In this document: positions 39,927-49,779 of the stretch, in pieces
How the letters are laid out: each line of letters starts with the position of its first letter
Numbering within the stretch: the stretch's first letter is position 1
Source of the DNA: Alphaproteobacteria bacterium
GTDB taxonomy: Bacteria; Pseudomonadota; Alphaproteobacteria; UBA7887
Reading direction: 5' to 3'
DNA: 64,000 nucleotides
NCBI GenBank assembly: GCA_965216755.1
Contig: CBDCGL010000011.1
Span: 3,317,536-3,381,535 of the forward strand
The notes under the pieces: generated by a model
What the model saw: the letters and a program-made list of their open reading frames with translations, nothing else
Told to the model about the DNA's origin: nothing
The model's database searches: none
Translations under genes and position numbers: made by a program

Positions 39927-40681
39927 CGCCAGCCCGAATTGTCGCGCGCCTGGACATCAAGGGCGAAAACGTCATCAAAGGCGTGCATCTGGAAGGCTTG
40001 AAACTGGTCGGCAAGCCGGGCGATCTGGCGCGCCGCTATTATGCCGAGGGCGCCGACGAACTGATCTATATGGATGTCGTCGCTTCGCTCTATGGGCGCA
40101 ACAACATATTGGCGGTGGTCGAAGAGGCCGCCCGCGATGTGTTCATCCCACTCACCGTTGGTGGTGGCCTGCGCGGCCTTGATGACATTGTTGCCGCGCT
40201 CAGAAGTGGCGCGGACAAGGTGGCGATCAATACGGCGGCGATCGCGCGACCGGCGTTTCTGGACGAGGCGGCCAAAGCATTTGGCAGCCAGTGCATCATG
40301 TTGTCGGTTGAGGCCAAACAGCGCGCTCCGGGCCGGTGGGAGGCATTGACCGACAATGGCCGCGAACGCACCGATATCGATGTTCTGGCTTGGGTGGCCG
40401 AGGCCGAGCGGCGGGGTGCGGGCGAGATCTTGCTGACCTCGGTGGATCAGGAAGGCACGCAAAAGGGATTTGATGTCGAACTGATACGGGCCGTGCGCGA
40501 GCGCGTGCGCATTCCGGTGATTGCCTGCGGGGGCGCTGGATGCGGCGATCATGTCGGCGCCATGTTGGCGGAAACCGCGTGCGACGCGGTCGGTTGCGCG
40601 TCACTGTTTCATTACGATCTGTGCGCGATCCCTGATTTGAAAAACACGCTTTCGGCCAGAGGGCAGCGCGTGCGCCGATGA
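39923..40681 (+). CDS. HisF-like cyclase subunit, copy 2
   Basis: RIVARLDIKGENVIKGVHLEGLKLVGKP ... IPLTVGGGLR ... ACGGAG; GTG start overlapping the upstream stop. Confidence 0.85.
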   Translation: MTPARIVARLDIKGENVIKGVHLEGLKLVGKPGDLARRYYAEGADELIYMDVVASLYGRNNILAVVEEAARDVFIPLTVGGGLRGLDDIVAALRSGADKVAINTAAIARPAFLDEAAKAFGSQCIMLSVEAKQRAPGRWEALTDNGRERTDIDVLAWVAEAERRGAGEILLTSVDQEGTQKGFDVELIRAVRERVRIPVIACGGAGCGDHVGAMLAETACDAVGCASLFHYDLCAIPDLKNTLSARGQRVRR

Positions 40682-41292
40682 TCGCCATTGTCGATTATGG
40701 CCGTGGCAACTTGCTCAGCATCGCCCAAGCCGTGCGCCACGTTGGCGGCACATGCGAAGTGACATCGGACAGTGATCGGCTGTGCGCGGCACGGCACGTT
40801 ATCCTGCCGGGGGTCGGTGCTTTTGGCGATGCCATGCGCGGCTTGGTGGACCGCCGGTTGGCGGCGCCCTTGCGCGACATCGTTGGCCGCGGCACGCCGC
40901 TGTTGGGTATTTGCTTAGGGATGCAAGTGTTAACCGATTCGAGCACCGAATTTGGCCGCCATGATGGTCTCGGCTTTATGTCGGGCCATGTTGAGCGGCT
41001 GCCCGAAGGCGCTATGCGCATCCCCAACGTTGGCTGGCGGCCGTTGCACTGCAACCGCGCGGACGACTTCACGGCCGGCCTGCCGGACGGGGCGATGATG
41101 TATTTCGTTCACTCCTATACCCCGGTTATGGCGAATGTCGCCGACGTCACGGCCACGATTGCGATCAATGGTCGCGACATAGCCGCGATCATCCGCAAAG
41201 AGCGTGTCATCGGCTGTCAGTTTCACCCGGAAAAAAGCGGGCCGGAGGGACTCAACCTGATCCGCAATTTCGTCAATCTCCCGGCTGATTGA
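40678..41292 (+). CDS. HisH-like glutamine amidotransferase, copy 2
   Basis: IAIVDYGRGNLLSIAQA ... LPGVGAFGDAM ... GICLGMQ ... QFHPEKSG. Confidence 0.85.
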   Translation: MIAIVDYGRGNLLSIAQAVRHVGGTCEVTSDSDRLCAARHVILPGVGAFGDAMRGLVDRRLAAPLRDIVGRGTPLLGICLGMQVLTDSSTEFGRHDGLGFMSGHVERLPEGAMRIPNVGWRPLHCNRADDFTAGLPDGAMMYFVHSYTPVMANVADVTATIAINGRDIAAIIRKERVIGCQFHPEKSGPEGLNLIRNFVNLPAD

Positions 41293-41314
41293 CGGCCGGC
41301 CTGTTAGGAAATCC

Positions 41315-42562
41315 ATGGCAAACAAAGTAACGACGACGGTTGACGACAACGGGGAAACGCTAGAGGTCAAATATGGCCTGCCGGCGGAGGTGCGGTTTTG
41401 TAAGAAATGTGTCATCTCCAATCAACGGCCGGCGTCAGCTGTCGAGTTTGCCCACCGCCGCGATTCGAAAAAGACCACCATTCGATTTGATGCCGACGGC
41501 ATTTGCGACGCCTGCCGCTATGCGGAACAGAAAGACGCCGGCATCGATTGGCAGGACCGTGAACGGGAACTGATGGCGCTGTGCGACAAATTCCGCTCGC
41601 GCAACGGGTCTTACGACTGCTTGGTCCCTGGATCGGGCGGTAAGGATTCGGTCTACGCCTCGCATATTCTCAAGGCCAAATATGGCATGACGCCGCTGAC
41701 CGTGACATGGGCGCCGCATCTTTACACCGACGTCGGCTGGCAGAATTTCCAGAACTGGTTGCATGTCGGCGGTTTTGACAACTACCTGTTTACGCCCGAC
41801 GGCCGCGTGCATCGCATATTGACTCAACTGGCGTTCCGAAATTTGCTGCATCCGTTTCAGCCGTTCATTTTTGGGCAGAAGAATTTTGCCCCCAAAATGG
41901 CCATGCGGTTTGGCTTGCCGTTGGTGTTTTACGGCGAGAACGAGGCTGAGTATGGCAATCCCATCGACGAGAATGTCAGCGCACGTCGCGATGCCGACTA
42001 TTTCGCCCGCCATGAGGGCGACAACAAAGCGCTGTTTTTTGGTGGGGTCGCCATGGAAGATTTGCCCGCGCACGGTATCGCGCGCGGCCAGATCGAGCCC
42101 TATTTGCCGGCCGATATCAGCGCCATGCGCGACGCGCAAATCGAGGTCCATTACCTTGGCTACTATCTCAAATGGACACCCCAACAGAACTACTACTATT
42201 CGGTCGAACATGCCGGCTTTCGAGCCAATGATGAACGGACGGAAGGCACCTATTCCAAATACAACAGCATCGATGACAAGACCGATCCCTATCACTATTG
42301 GACGACGTTGGTGAAGTTCGGTATCGGTCGGGCCACTTACGACGCGTCTCAGGAAATTCGCAACCACCACATTACGCGCGACGAAGGCGTCGCCTTGGTA
42401 CGGCGTTACGATCAGGAGTTTCCGCGCAAATATTTCGCCGCGTTCTTGGATTATCTGGCGATGGACGAGGCCGAGTTTTTTGCCATAGCCGATTCGTTTC
42501 GCTCGCCACATTTGTGGCGGCTGACGCCCGATGGATGGCAATTGCGCCATGTGGTGACGTGA
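41315..42562 (+). CDS. N-acetyl sugar amidotransferase (WbuX/PseA-like), copy 2
   Basis: FCKKCVISNQRP ... ICDACRY zinc ribbon, SGGKDS PP-loop. ATG 41315 with AGGAA SD. Confidence 0.82.
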   Translation: MANKVTTTVDDNGETLEVKYGLPAEVRFCKKCVISNQRPASAVEFAHRRDSKKTTIRFDADGICDACRYAEQKDAGIDWQDRERELMALCDKFRSRNGSYDCLVPGSGGKDSVYASHILKAKYGMTPLTVTWAPHLYTDVGWQNFQNWLHVGGFDNYLFTPDGRVHRILTQLAFRNLLHPFQPFIFGQKNFAPKMAMRFGLPLVFYGENEAEYGNPIDENVSARRDADYFARHEGDNKALFFGGVAMEDLPAHGIARGQIEPYLPADISAMRDAQIEVHYLGYYLKWTPQQNYYYSVEHAGFRANDERTEGTYSKYNSIDDKTDPYHYWTTLVKFGIGRATYDASQEIRNHHITRDEGVALVRRYDQEFPRKYFAAFLDYLAMDEAEFFAIADSFRSPHLWRLTPDGWQLRHVVT

Positions 42563-43269
42563 CCGCGGCGGGTGGACTTCTCATTGTGGTACCCGCCCGT
42601 GGCGGTTCCAAGCGCTTGCCTGGCAAGAATCTGGCGCGGATCGCCGGACATAGTTTGCTGGCCCATACGGCGGCGGTCATACGGGTCGCCGGCCTGTCGG
42701 CGCCGGTCGTGTTGAGCACCGATGACGACGACATCGCGGCAGAAGGAGCACGGCTCGGTTGGCACGTGCCTTTTCGCCGGCCGGCGCGTTTGTCGGACGA
42801 TCAGGCGACCACTGTGGATACGGTGCGTCACGCGGTCGATTCCTATCGTGCGGCAACAGACTATAACCCTGACACCGTCATGGTGTTACAAGCAACATCG
42901 CCGTTTCGCCCGCCAAACTTGCTGTCCGAAGCGGTCGACATCCTGCGGTTGCGGCCCGCCGTGGATGCGGTCGTCGCCATCAGTCCGTTGGCGCGCAGCC
43001 CGCGCACTGTGTTCCGGTGCCAAGACGGCGATTCCCTGGTGCCGGTTGGCGACGACACTGCGCCGCTGTATACGCCCAACGGCGCTTTGTACCTGATTCG
43101 TTCAACTGTTCTCTCTGTGTACCAAGATTTTTTTCCGCCGCGCACCGTTGGGGTGCCGGTGACGCGCGATCGGGCGCTCGATATCGATACGGTCGACGAC
43201 CTTGCTTTGGCGGCGCTGATGGCCGCTGACCGACCGAACTTGGTCGCCGCTGCGGGGCTGACGCCGTGA
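42559..43269 (+). CDS. acylneuraminate cytidylyltransferase family protein, copy 2
   Basis: LLIVVPARGGSKRLPGKNL motif. Probable GTG start 42559 overlapping the upstream stop (GTGA); the ORF-track upstream extension to 42298 is in a different context (shadow). Confidence 0.78.
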   Translation: MTAAGGLLIVVPARGGSKRLPGKNLARIAGHSLLAHTAAVIRVAGLSAPVVLSTDDDDIAAEGARLGWHVPFRRPARLSDDQATTVDTVRHAVDSYRAATDYNPDTVMVLQATSPFRPPNLLSEAVDILRLRPAVDAVVAISPLARSPRTVFRCQDGDSLVPVGDDTAPLYTPNGALYLIRSTVLSVYQDFFPPRTVGVPVTRDRALDIDTVDDLALAALMAADRPNLVAAAGLTP

Positions 43270-45110
43270 AGCGCGTGCTGCCCTACTTGTTGCCGCCGGA
43301 ATGGCGCAATCAGCTGCGCACATTGCGGCACCTGAATCTGATCTTTTGGCCCGACGCGCTGATTATTGGTGCCAGCGGCGTAGCGGCGTTGGCGTTCGAA
43401 GTGTTCAGCGTCGCGATGATCTTGCCATTGCTGGACTATATCGAAGCGGGCCGCGACATAGCGGTGTTGACCGCGCGATCGCAGTTATGGCGCATGATCG
43501 CCGACGTTGCCGGCGTGCTAAACGTGCCGATATCTTTGGCATCGCTGTCGGCGACCATCGTTGTTCTGGTGGTGCTGCGCCAAATCGCCAATTACATCCA
43601 TATGCTGCAGGTCATTCGGATCAAGCAACGCGTTGGCCGCGATTTGTCGGCGACGTGTTTTCGCGCGGTTCTCGAGAGCAGCGCGGCATTCATGAAAGAT
43701 GTTAATTCGGGCAAATTCGTCAATTTGCTTAACAATCAGTGCCAGCATGTGGCGTCACTGATCCGCAGCTATGCGGCGATCGTGCAGACATTGTTGTCGT
43801 TCTTGGCCTATGGCACGGTCATGGTGGTGACCGCGCCCGGCGCCAGTTTGTTGGCACTGGCCGTGGCGGTATTGGTGGTGTTGAGCTTGAGCCGCTATAT
43901 CCGCATGTCGCGGCGAATCAGCCAGCGTACCATGCAGGTGCGCCGTGAATTCTGTGGCTTTATGGCCGAACGCCATCAAGCGTGGCCGGTCATCAAATTG
44001 TCCGACACGCTGCCCACCGAGACCGAGAAATTCATCGCGTGGGCACAGCGGTTCTTTCATCTCAGCGTCGATTTGCAACGGGTCGCCGGGCGCATCCAAT
44101 TGATTGTGGCGCCGCTGATGACGGCATGCGCGTTGGCCGCGCTCTATGGCGGTGTCGAATATTTCGCTCTCAGCCTATCGGTTGTCACGCTTTTTGTTCT
44201 GATGATCTTGCGTTTGGTGCCGGTCGCCCAAGGCTTGGCCAACCAACGGCAGGCCTTGGCGACCCATGGCGCTGCGCTTGACGAGGTGGTCGAAACACTC
44301 GCGGCGGCGCGCCAACATCGCGAGCGGGATACCGGAACCGCGCAGTTCGAAGGTGTGGCTAAAGCCATTACCTTCCGCAATGTCCATTTTCGCTATGCAA
44401 CCAGTGACCGCGCTGCGATCAATGGCGTCGATGTCACCATCCCGGCGGCGGCGATGACCGCGGTGATGGGCCCATCGGGGGCCGGCAAGTCGACCCTGGT
44501 TGATATGATCCCGCGTCTGGTGGGGCCCGACAGCGGCACGATCTTACTCGACGGCCAGCCGCTTGAGTCTTTCACATTGTCCAGTTTGCGCCGCGGTATT
44601 TCCTATGCCCCGCAACAGCACTTTGTATTCAACGCTTCGGTGACCGAGAACGTGCGCTATGGCCGACCGGACGCCGCCGAAGCCGACGTTAGGGCGGCGT
44701 GCGAGGCCGCGCACGCGGCGTCGTTTATCGAACGATTGCCGCAAGGCTACGATACCCTGTTGGGCGAAAGTGGCGGGCGGCTGTCCGGAGGGCAACGCCA
44801 GCGGATCGCGCTGGCGCGGGCGTTTGTATCGCGCGCGCGCATTTTGATTTTGGACGAGCCGACCAGCGAGTTGGACTATGAGTCGGAGCGGGAGATCCGC
44901 GCGGCACTGGAAACCATGGTGCGCGCCGCGGGCATGACCGTGATCGTCGTCGCCCATCGCATGAGTACGGTGCGCAGCGCCGACCACGTCGTCGTTTTGA
45001 CCGACGGACGCGTGCTGGAACAAGGACCGCCGGCGGCGCTTGGTCATGACGATCAGTGGTACGGCGCCATGTTGGCGCTGGACCGCGGCGCGTCGGCAGC
45101 GGCTGAATGA
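43266..45110 (+). CDS. ABC transporter, fused permease/ATPase (type I exporter, MsbA-like)
   Basis: Six N-terminal TM helices, Walker A GPSGAGKST, signature LSGGQRQRIALARA, Walker B ILILDEPTS. Confidence 0.88.
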   Translation: MKRVLPYLLPPEWRNQLRTLRHLNLIFWPDALIIGASGVAALAFEVFSVAMILPLLDYIEAGRDIAVLTARSQLWRMIADVAGVLNVPISLASLSATIVVLVVLRQIANYIHMLQVIRIKQRVGRDLSATCFRAVLESSAAFMKDVNSGKFVNLLNNQCQHVASLIRSYAAIVQTLLSFLAYGTVMVVTAPGASLLALAVAVLVVLSLSRYIRMSRRISQRTMQVRREFCGFMAERHQAWPVIKLSDTLPTETEKFIAWAQRFFHLSVDLQRVAGRIQLIVAPLMTACALAALYGGVEYFALSLSVVTLFVLMILRLVPVAQGLANQRQALATHGAALDEVVETLAAARQHRERDTGTAQFEGVAKAITFRNVHFRYATSDRAAINGVDVTIPAAAMTAVMGPSGAGKSTLVDMIPRLVGPDSGTILLDGQPLESFTLSSLRRGISYAPQQHFVFNASVTENVRYGRPDAAEADVRAACEAAHAASFIERLPQGYDTLLGESGGRLSGGQRQRIALARAFVSRARILILDEPTSELDYESEREIRAALETMVRAAGMTVIVVAHRMSTVRSADHVVVLTDGRVLEQGPPAALGHDDQWYGAMLALDRGASAAAE

Positions 45111-46078
45111 ACACCGGCACGGGTTCTGAAGACCTGGCCCAGTGGGGTGAGACCGACACCGCGTTTCATCCTTTGGTTGTCAGTGGGCCGCCGCGTTCGG
45201 GCACGACTCTGCTCTATAGTTTGTTTGATCATCATCCCGATGTGTTCTGGTTGGTGACGGAAGGTTATCTGTTCGAATATCTCTATGACATGCCGCAGCA
45301 GGCGACGGCACAGTTTGTCGATGCTCTATCCCTCTCCGTGCCGGCGATCATCGATGGCTTGCGCGCCAAGCATGTCATGCCGCCTTTGCATCAAAACGTT
45401 CGCTTAGGGACCACCAATCCCGTCATCGCCCAGGAAACGGTTGCCCCGGCGTGGTCGGATACGGCGTTCGAAGCTGCGTTCGCCGGCGCGCCGGTCCGCG
45501 ATGTCGCCGAGCTGTGGTATCGGTTGGCGCGTGCCTACGCCGCCGCGCTCGACAGCCCGCCGAAAAGGTTTTGTTGCATCAAAGCGCCGGACTATGGCCG
45601 ATCCGCCGTGGTTGCCACGACACATATCGCGGCGGCCAAGGCGATCATTATTGTGCGCCATCCGTTGCGGGCGTTGGACAGTCTCAAGCGCGTCCGCGAA
45701 CTGCGCGACGACGAGGCAAAGCGCTTGACCTGGCCGGTCTTGGCCCGTTGTGTCGCCGACATGAACGCCATGGCCGCGCGTCTGGCGGCGTGCGACCCGG
45801 ACCGCGTGACATGGTTACGCTACGAGGGTTTGACCGCCGATCCGCAGTCGACCATGCGCGGCTTGGCACAGTGGGCGGGATTGCAGTATTGCGAGACGCT
45901 GGCACGGCCGAGCGCGTTCGGCCGCGACACGCCAAGCAATTCAAGTTTCGCGGCTGTTCACGGCATCCGCAACGACGGCGAGGACCGGGCATTACAACGG
46001 CTCACCGATGAAGAGGTGGATTATATTTTGCGTAACACCGAAACGTTTCGCCGTTTTTTCGCCTATCCAGACACTTAG
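45107..46078 (+). CDS. PAPS-dependent sulfotransferase
   Basis: 5'-PSB motif VVSGPPRSGTTLLYSL and 3'-PB-like IIVRHPLRALDS. ATG overlaps the upstream stop. Confidence 0.75.
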   Translation: MNTGTGSEDLAQWGETDTAFHPLVVSGPPRSGTTLLYSLFDHHPDVFWLVTEGYLFEYLYDMPQQATAQFVDALSLSVPAIIDGLRAKHVMPPLHQNVRLGTTNPVIAQETVAPAWSDTAFEAAFAGAPVRDVAELWYRLARAYAAALDSPPKRFCCIKAPDYGRSAVVATTHIAAAKAIIIVRHPLRALDSLKRVRELRDDEAKRLTWPVLARCVADMNAMAARLAACDPDRVTWLRYEGLTADPQSTMRGLAQWAGLQYCETLARPSAFGRDTPSNSSFAAVHGIRNDGEDRALQRLTDEEVDYILRNTETFRRFFAYPDT

Positions 46079-46096
46079 CCGCATGGAGCCTTAGGC

Positions 46097-47677
46097 GTGG
46101 AACAAGATATTAAAGAGCCGGCGACGGATACGCGCACGGCCATCGAAGACCAGCCGCCGCCGCCGCGATGCGTCATGATTTCCGCCTTGACGCTTTACGA
46201 ATGGCTGAATACAGCGATCAGCGACGTGATGCGGCGCCGTTATGGTACGCGCTTCGTGGTGTTGGTGGGCAGTCCGCGTCAGGCACAGACCGTGGCGCGC
46301 TGGTGCCGCGAGGACGATCGGATCATCCAAATGGATGACATCGCGGCCGACAGCCGCGCGTTGTCGGGGACGCTCTCAGACGACGATGTCTTCGCGCAAG
46401 CGCGCGCCATCGAGGCGCGCTATGAAATCGCTTACTTTCGCGACGTGGTGCAACAGGATCGCACCATCTATGGCGGGTACTTGGCGTATGCCGATGGGCC
46501 TTTGGCGGACGTGAAACCGCCGGCCGCGGTCGATCTGTGCCGCCAAATCAACGGCTACTTTGCCATGTTCGAAAAGCTGTTCGCGGCGCACGGCGTCGAT
46601 TTGGTATTGAGCCGCCCGGGCAGTCTTATGGACACCAGCGCTCTATACGTGGCCATGGGCCAAGGACTACCGGTGACCATGGCCCGCCATGCCCGGATCG
46701 GTTCAAAGGTCACCTGGACGTTTGGGCCCTACAGCAACGGATATTTGGCGCAGCAACGTTACGAACAGACGCCGGAGACCGCGGCCGTGCCATTGGATCA
46801 GGTGCGACCGCCCAGCAGCGCAGCCAAGGTTTTCGCCGCATTTACGACGCGCTATGGCTGGCGGGGCGTGGCCAAGGAACTGTTGGTGATGAGCCACACC
46901 TATTTGGTGAAGTATTTTATTCCGTTTTTGAAGACAGGGCGTTTTAATGCCATGCGGCCCTATCGCAAGGCGATCTTCGGCATTCTGAAAACCGCCCGCG
47001 CGGCCCGCTGGATGAAGGGTGTTGCGATCGCGGATTTGGATCGGATCGCGGAACAACCATTTGTTTTCTTTCCTTTGCCCAAGGAACCGGAATATACCGT
47101 GCAGTCGTTGGCACGGAATTTCAGTAACGTCCAAGCCATGATCGAACAACTGTCGCTGTCATTGCCGGCCGGCTTTCGTCTGGTCGTCAAGGAGCATTCG
47201 CGGCTCGGCGACCGGCGGCGGACGTTTTATCGTGACCTTTTGAAGTTGCCCAACGTCGTATTTGCAGACCCGACTCTGCCGGGCGTTGACGTCAGCGCGC
47301 GCGCATGTGCCGTCGCCACGGTCGCTGGCACCGCGGCCTTTGAGGCCTTATCGCTGGGCAAACCGGCGATTGTTTTCGCCAGCGACGTCGAATACGGTTT
47401 TCTCCCAGATATTTATTTGGTGAGGCAATTTGCCGACCTGCCGATGATCGTACGCCACGCGGTTGCCGAACGTAGCGCGGCCAAGGCGTTGGCCACGCGC
47501 CAGGCCGCGGCGCGCTTTCGCGCCGCCTATGGTCAGTTGTCTTTCGACGCTGACGGCACCAAGGCTTTTGGTGGCACGGCGGCGTTGCCCATGGACCAAG
47601 CCGAACGCGCGGTCGATTTATTGCTGGAGACGGCCAGCGCCGCGCGCGCTTATCTCGCCGCCGGCAACAAGCTGTAA
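46097..47677 (+). CDS. Capsule_synth (KpsC/KpsS)-like protein; candidate CMP-ulosonic/nonulosonic acid glycosyltransferase
   Basis: 526 aa; FVFFPLPKEPEYTVQS ... LVVKEHSR ... VATVAGTAAFEALSLGKPAIVFAS resembles the FFPLQ..DSQ, KxHP and NStvg.EAl.lgkPvi motifs of KpsS/KpsC. Confidence 0.5.
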   Translation: MEQDIKEPATDTRTAIEDQPPPPRCVMISALTLYEWLNTAISDVMRRRYGTRFVVLVGSPRQAQTVARWCREDDRIIQMDDIAADSRALSGTLSDDDVFAQARAIEARYEIAYFRDVVQQDRTIYGGYLAYADGPLADVKPPAAVDLCRQINGYFAMFEKLFAAHGVDLVLSRPGSLMDTSALYVAMGQGLPVTMARHARIGSKVTWTFGPYSNGYLAQQRYEQTPETAAVPLDQVRPPSSAAKVFAAFTTRYGWRGVAKELLVMSHTYLVKYFIPFLKTGRFNAMRPYRKAIFGILKTARAARWMKGVAIADLDRIAEQPFVFFPLPKEPEYTVQSLARNFSNVQAMIEQLSLSLPAGFRLVVKEHSRLGDRRRTFYRDLLKLPNVVFADPTLPGVDVSARACAVATVAGTAAFEALSLGKPAIVFASDVEYGFLPDIYLVRQFADLPMIVRHAVAERSAAKALATRQAAARFRAAYGQLSFDADGTKAFGGTAALPMDQAERAVDLLLETASAARAYLAAGNKL

Positions 47678-47712
47678 CGTTAGTCCCCGATGCGATCCCT
47701 GGAGCATAAACT

Positions 47713-48726
47713 GTGACCACATCCACCCGCCCGTCGCTTGACGACAAATCGATCCTTGTCACCGGCGGGACGGGGTCGTTCGGCCAGCGTTTTGTCGATA
47801 CAATTGTGTCACAGCATCGGCCACGCCGCTTGATCGTGTTCTCGCGGGATGAAGCCAAGCAATATGAAATGGCGCAGCGTTTTGATATGGTGCGCTATCC
47901 GTTTCTTCGCTATTTTATTGGCGATGTGCGCGATGCCGATCGGCTGGAGATGGCGATGCGTGACATCGATATCGTTATCCATGCGGCGGCGCTGAAGCAT
48001 GTCCCGGTGGCTGAATACAATCCGTTCGAATGCATCCACACCAATGTGCTGGGGGCAGAGAATGTGGTGCGGGCGGCGATCCGCAGCGGCGTCAAACAGA
48101 CCTTGGCCCTGTCGACCGACAAAGCCTGCAGTCCGATCAATCTTTATGGCGCGAGCAAATTGGCGGCCGACAAGATATTTGTCGCCGCGAACAATCTTAG
48201 TCCGAAGGACGGCACGCAATTTTCGGTCGTGCGCTATGGCAACGTTCTCGGCTCGCGCGGCAGCGTCGCGCCTTTGTTCCAGCGCCTGGTGCGCGAGGGC
48301 GCCGATCACTTGCCGATTACCGATGCGCGCATGACCAGGTTTTGGATCACGCTGCAAAACGGTGTCGATTTCGTGCTCAGTTGCATTGACCAAATGGTTG
48401 GCGGCGAGATTTTCGTGCCTAAGATCCCGAGTATGCGCGTGGTCGACTTGGCGCGCGCGATCGGGCCGAGCCTGCCCCACAAGATGGTCGGGATTCGGCC
48501 CGGCGAGAAGCTGCATGAAGTCTTAATCACCGAAGACGACGCGCGCAATACGTTGGAGTTAGAGGACCGCTATATCATCCAGCCGGTGTTTCAGTATTGG
48601 ACACGCCAACGTTTGGCGAGCGATGCTGCCAGAGCCGTTGACGAATCGTTTCGTTATGCCAGCGACACGAATGAAAATTGGCTCGATCCGGCGCAATTGG
48701 CGCGCCTGATGGCGCAACCACAATGA
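47713..48726 (+). CDS. UDP-N-acetylglucosamine 4,6-dehydratase (inverting), PseB/FlaA1-type short CapD
   Basis: ILVTGGTGSFG ... YGASK, 337 aa, typical PseB length and motifs. Confidence 0.85.
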   Translation: MTTSTRPSLDDKSILVTGGTGSFGQRFVDTIVSQHRPRRLIVFSRDEAKQYEMAQRFDMVRYPFLRYFIGDVRDADRLEMAMRDIDIVIHAAALKHVPVAEYNPFECIHTNVLGAENVVRAAIRSGVKQTLALSTDKACSPINLYGASKLAADKIFVAANNLSPKDGTQFSVVRYGNVLGSRGSVAPLFQRLVREGADHLPITDARMTRFWITLQNGVDFVLSCIDQMVGGEIFVPKIPSMRVVDLARAIGPSLPHKMVGIRPGEKLHEVLITEDDARNTLELEDRYIIQPVFQYWTRQRLASDAARAVDESFRYASDTNENWLDPAQLARLMAQPQ

Positions 48727-49766
48727 TGCACGCAATTGGCGCACAACCCGCGGCACCCAACGTGACACCACGCTGGGGATTTCGCGTCGCCTCCAGCCCA
48801 ACAGTCGGTGCTGGCCACATGGTCCGCAGTCTGGCTGTGGCGCAGGCGATCGGGGCGCCGGTCCATTTTTTTGTCGATCCCGATAGTCAGTGGGACACCG
48901 CCTTGGCCGCTGGCGATTTCGCGTCGACCAAGGAAAACGCGACGCATAGCGTTGCCGCGTTATTCGAAGCGGTCGTGGCCGGCCAAGTGAATGCGGTTTT
49001 GTTTGATGGCTATGGATTTCGCGAACGCGTGATCGAAACCGTCAGCCGCAAGGCTTTTACGGCGGCCTTCTCCGATGATGGTGTCGGCCGGCCAGCGACA
49101 TTGCTGATCAATCCATGCCCGGACGGACGCCGCGACGATCGAACCCTGACCGGTTTGGAATACGCACCCCTGGCCGCCGCCTATGCTGACATGCACAGCC
49201 GCGCCTATCGGCGCAGCGACGCCGAAGCACCACATGTGCTGATCGCATTCGGCAGCCGCGACAGCAGCAACTGTACGGGCCTCGCTTTGGATGCCCTGAC
49301 CGCGGTCGATGCTCCGCTTCCCGTGACCGTTGTGCTCGGCGCGCGGGCGCCGCACCAGGCTGAGGTTCGGCGCCAAATCGCCGCCCTGCCGCAGGCGCAG
49401 TTGTTGATCGATTGCGACGATATGGCAAGCCTCTACATGTCGGCGACGTTGGCCATCGGTGCGCCCGGCGTGTCATTTTTCGAACGCATGTGTTGTGGTC
49501 TGCCGTCGATCTTGGTGTTGCAGAACGCCACCCAGCGACCGGTGGCGCGCTGGGCGCGCGACCGGGATGTCGCGGCCGTGGCGGAAACGGATAGCGCCGC
49601 AGTTGCAACTGTTCTGCGTCGGGTGATGGACGATGCAACATGGCGCCGGGCGGTACGGCGGCGGGGCCTTGAGTGGGTCGATGGACGGGGCGCCGATCGG
49701 CTCGCCGCGGCGTTGAATGCGCGCGCGGCAGGGGCGGCGCGGAGTGCGTCGTCGTCAACGGGATAA
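48723..49766 (+). CDS. PseG-like UDP-sugar hydrolase, copy 2
   Basis: TVGAGHMVRSLAVA GxGHxxR motif, GT-B-like C-terminal half. ATG 48723 overlaps the PseB stop (ATGA). Confidence 0.6.
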   Translation: MMHAIGAQPAAPNVTPRWGFRVASSPTVGAGHMVRSLAVAQAIGAPVHFFVDPDSQWDTALAAGDFASTKENATHSVAALFEAVVAGQVNAVLFDGYGFRERVIETVSRKAFTAAFSDDGVGRPATLLINPCPDGRRDDRTLTGLEYAPLAAAYADMHSRAYRRSDAEAPHVLIAFGSRDSSNCTGLALDALTAVDAPLPVTVVLGARAPHQAEVRRQIAALPQAQLLIDCDDMASLYMSATLAIGAPGVSFFERMCCGLPSILVLQNATQRPVARWARDRDVAAVAETDSAAVATVLRRVMDDATWRRAVRRRGLEWVDGRGADRLAAALNARAAGAARSASSSTG

Positions 49767-49779
49767 TCTCGTCATCGCC

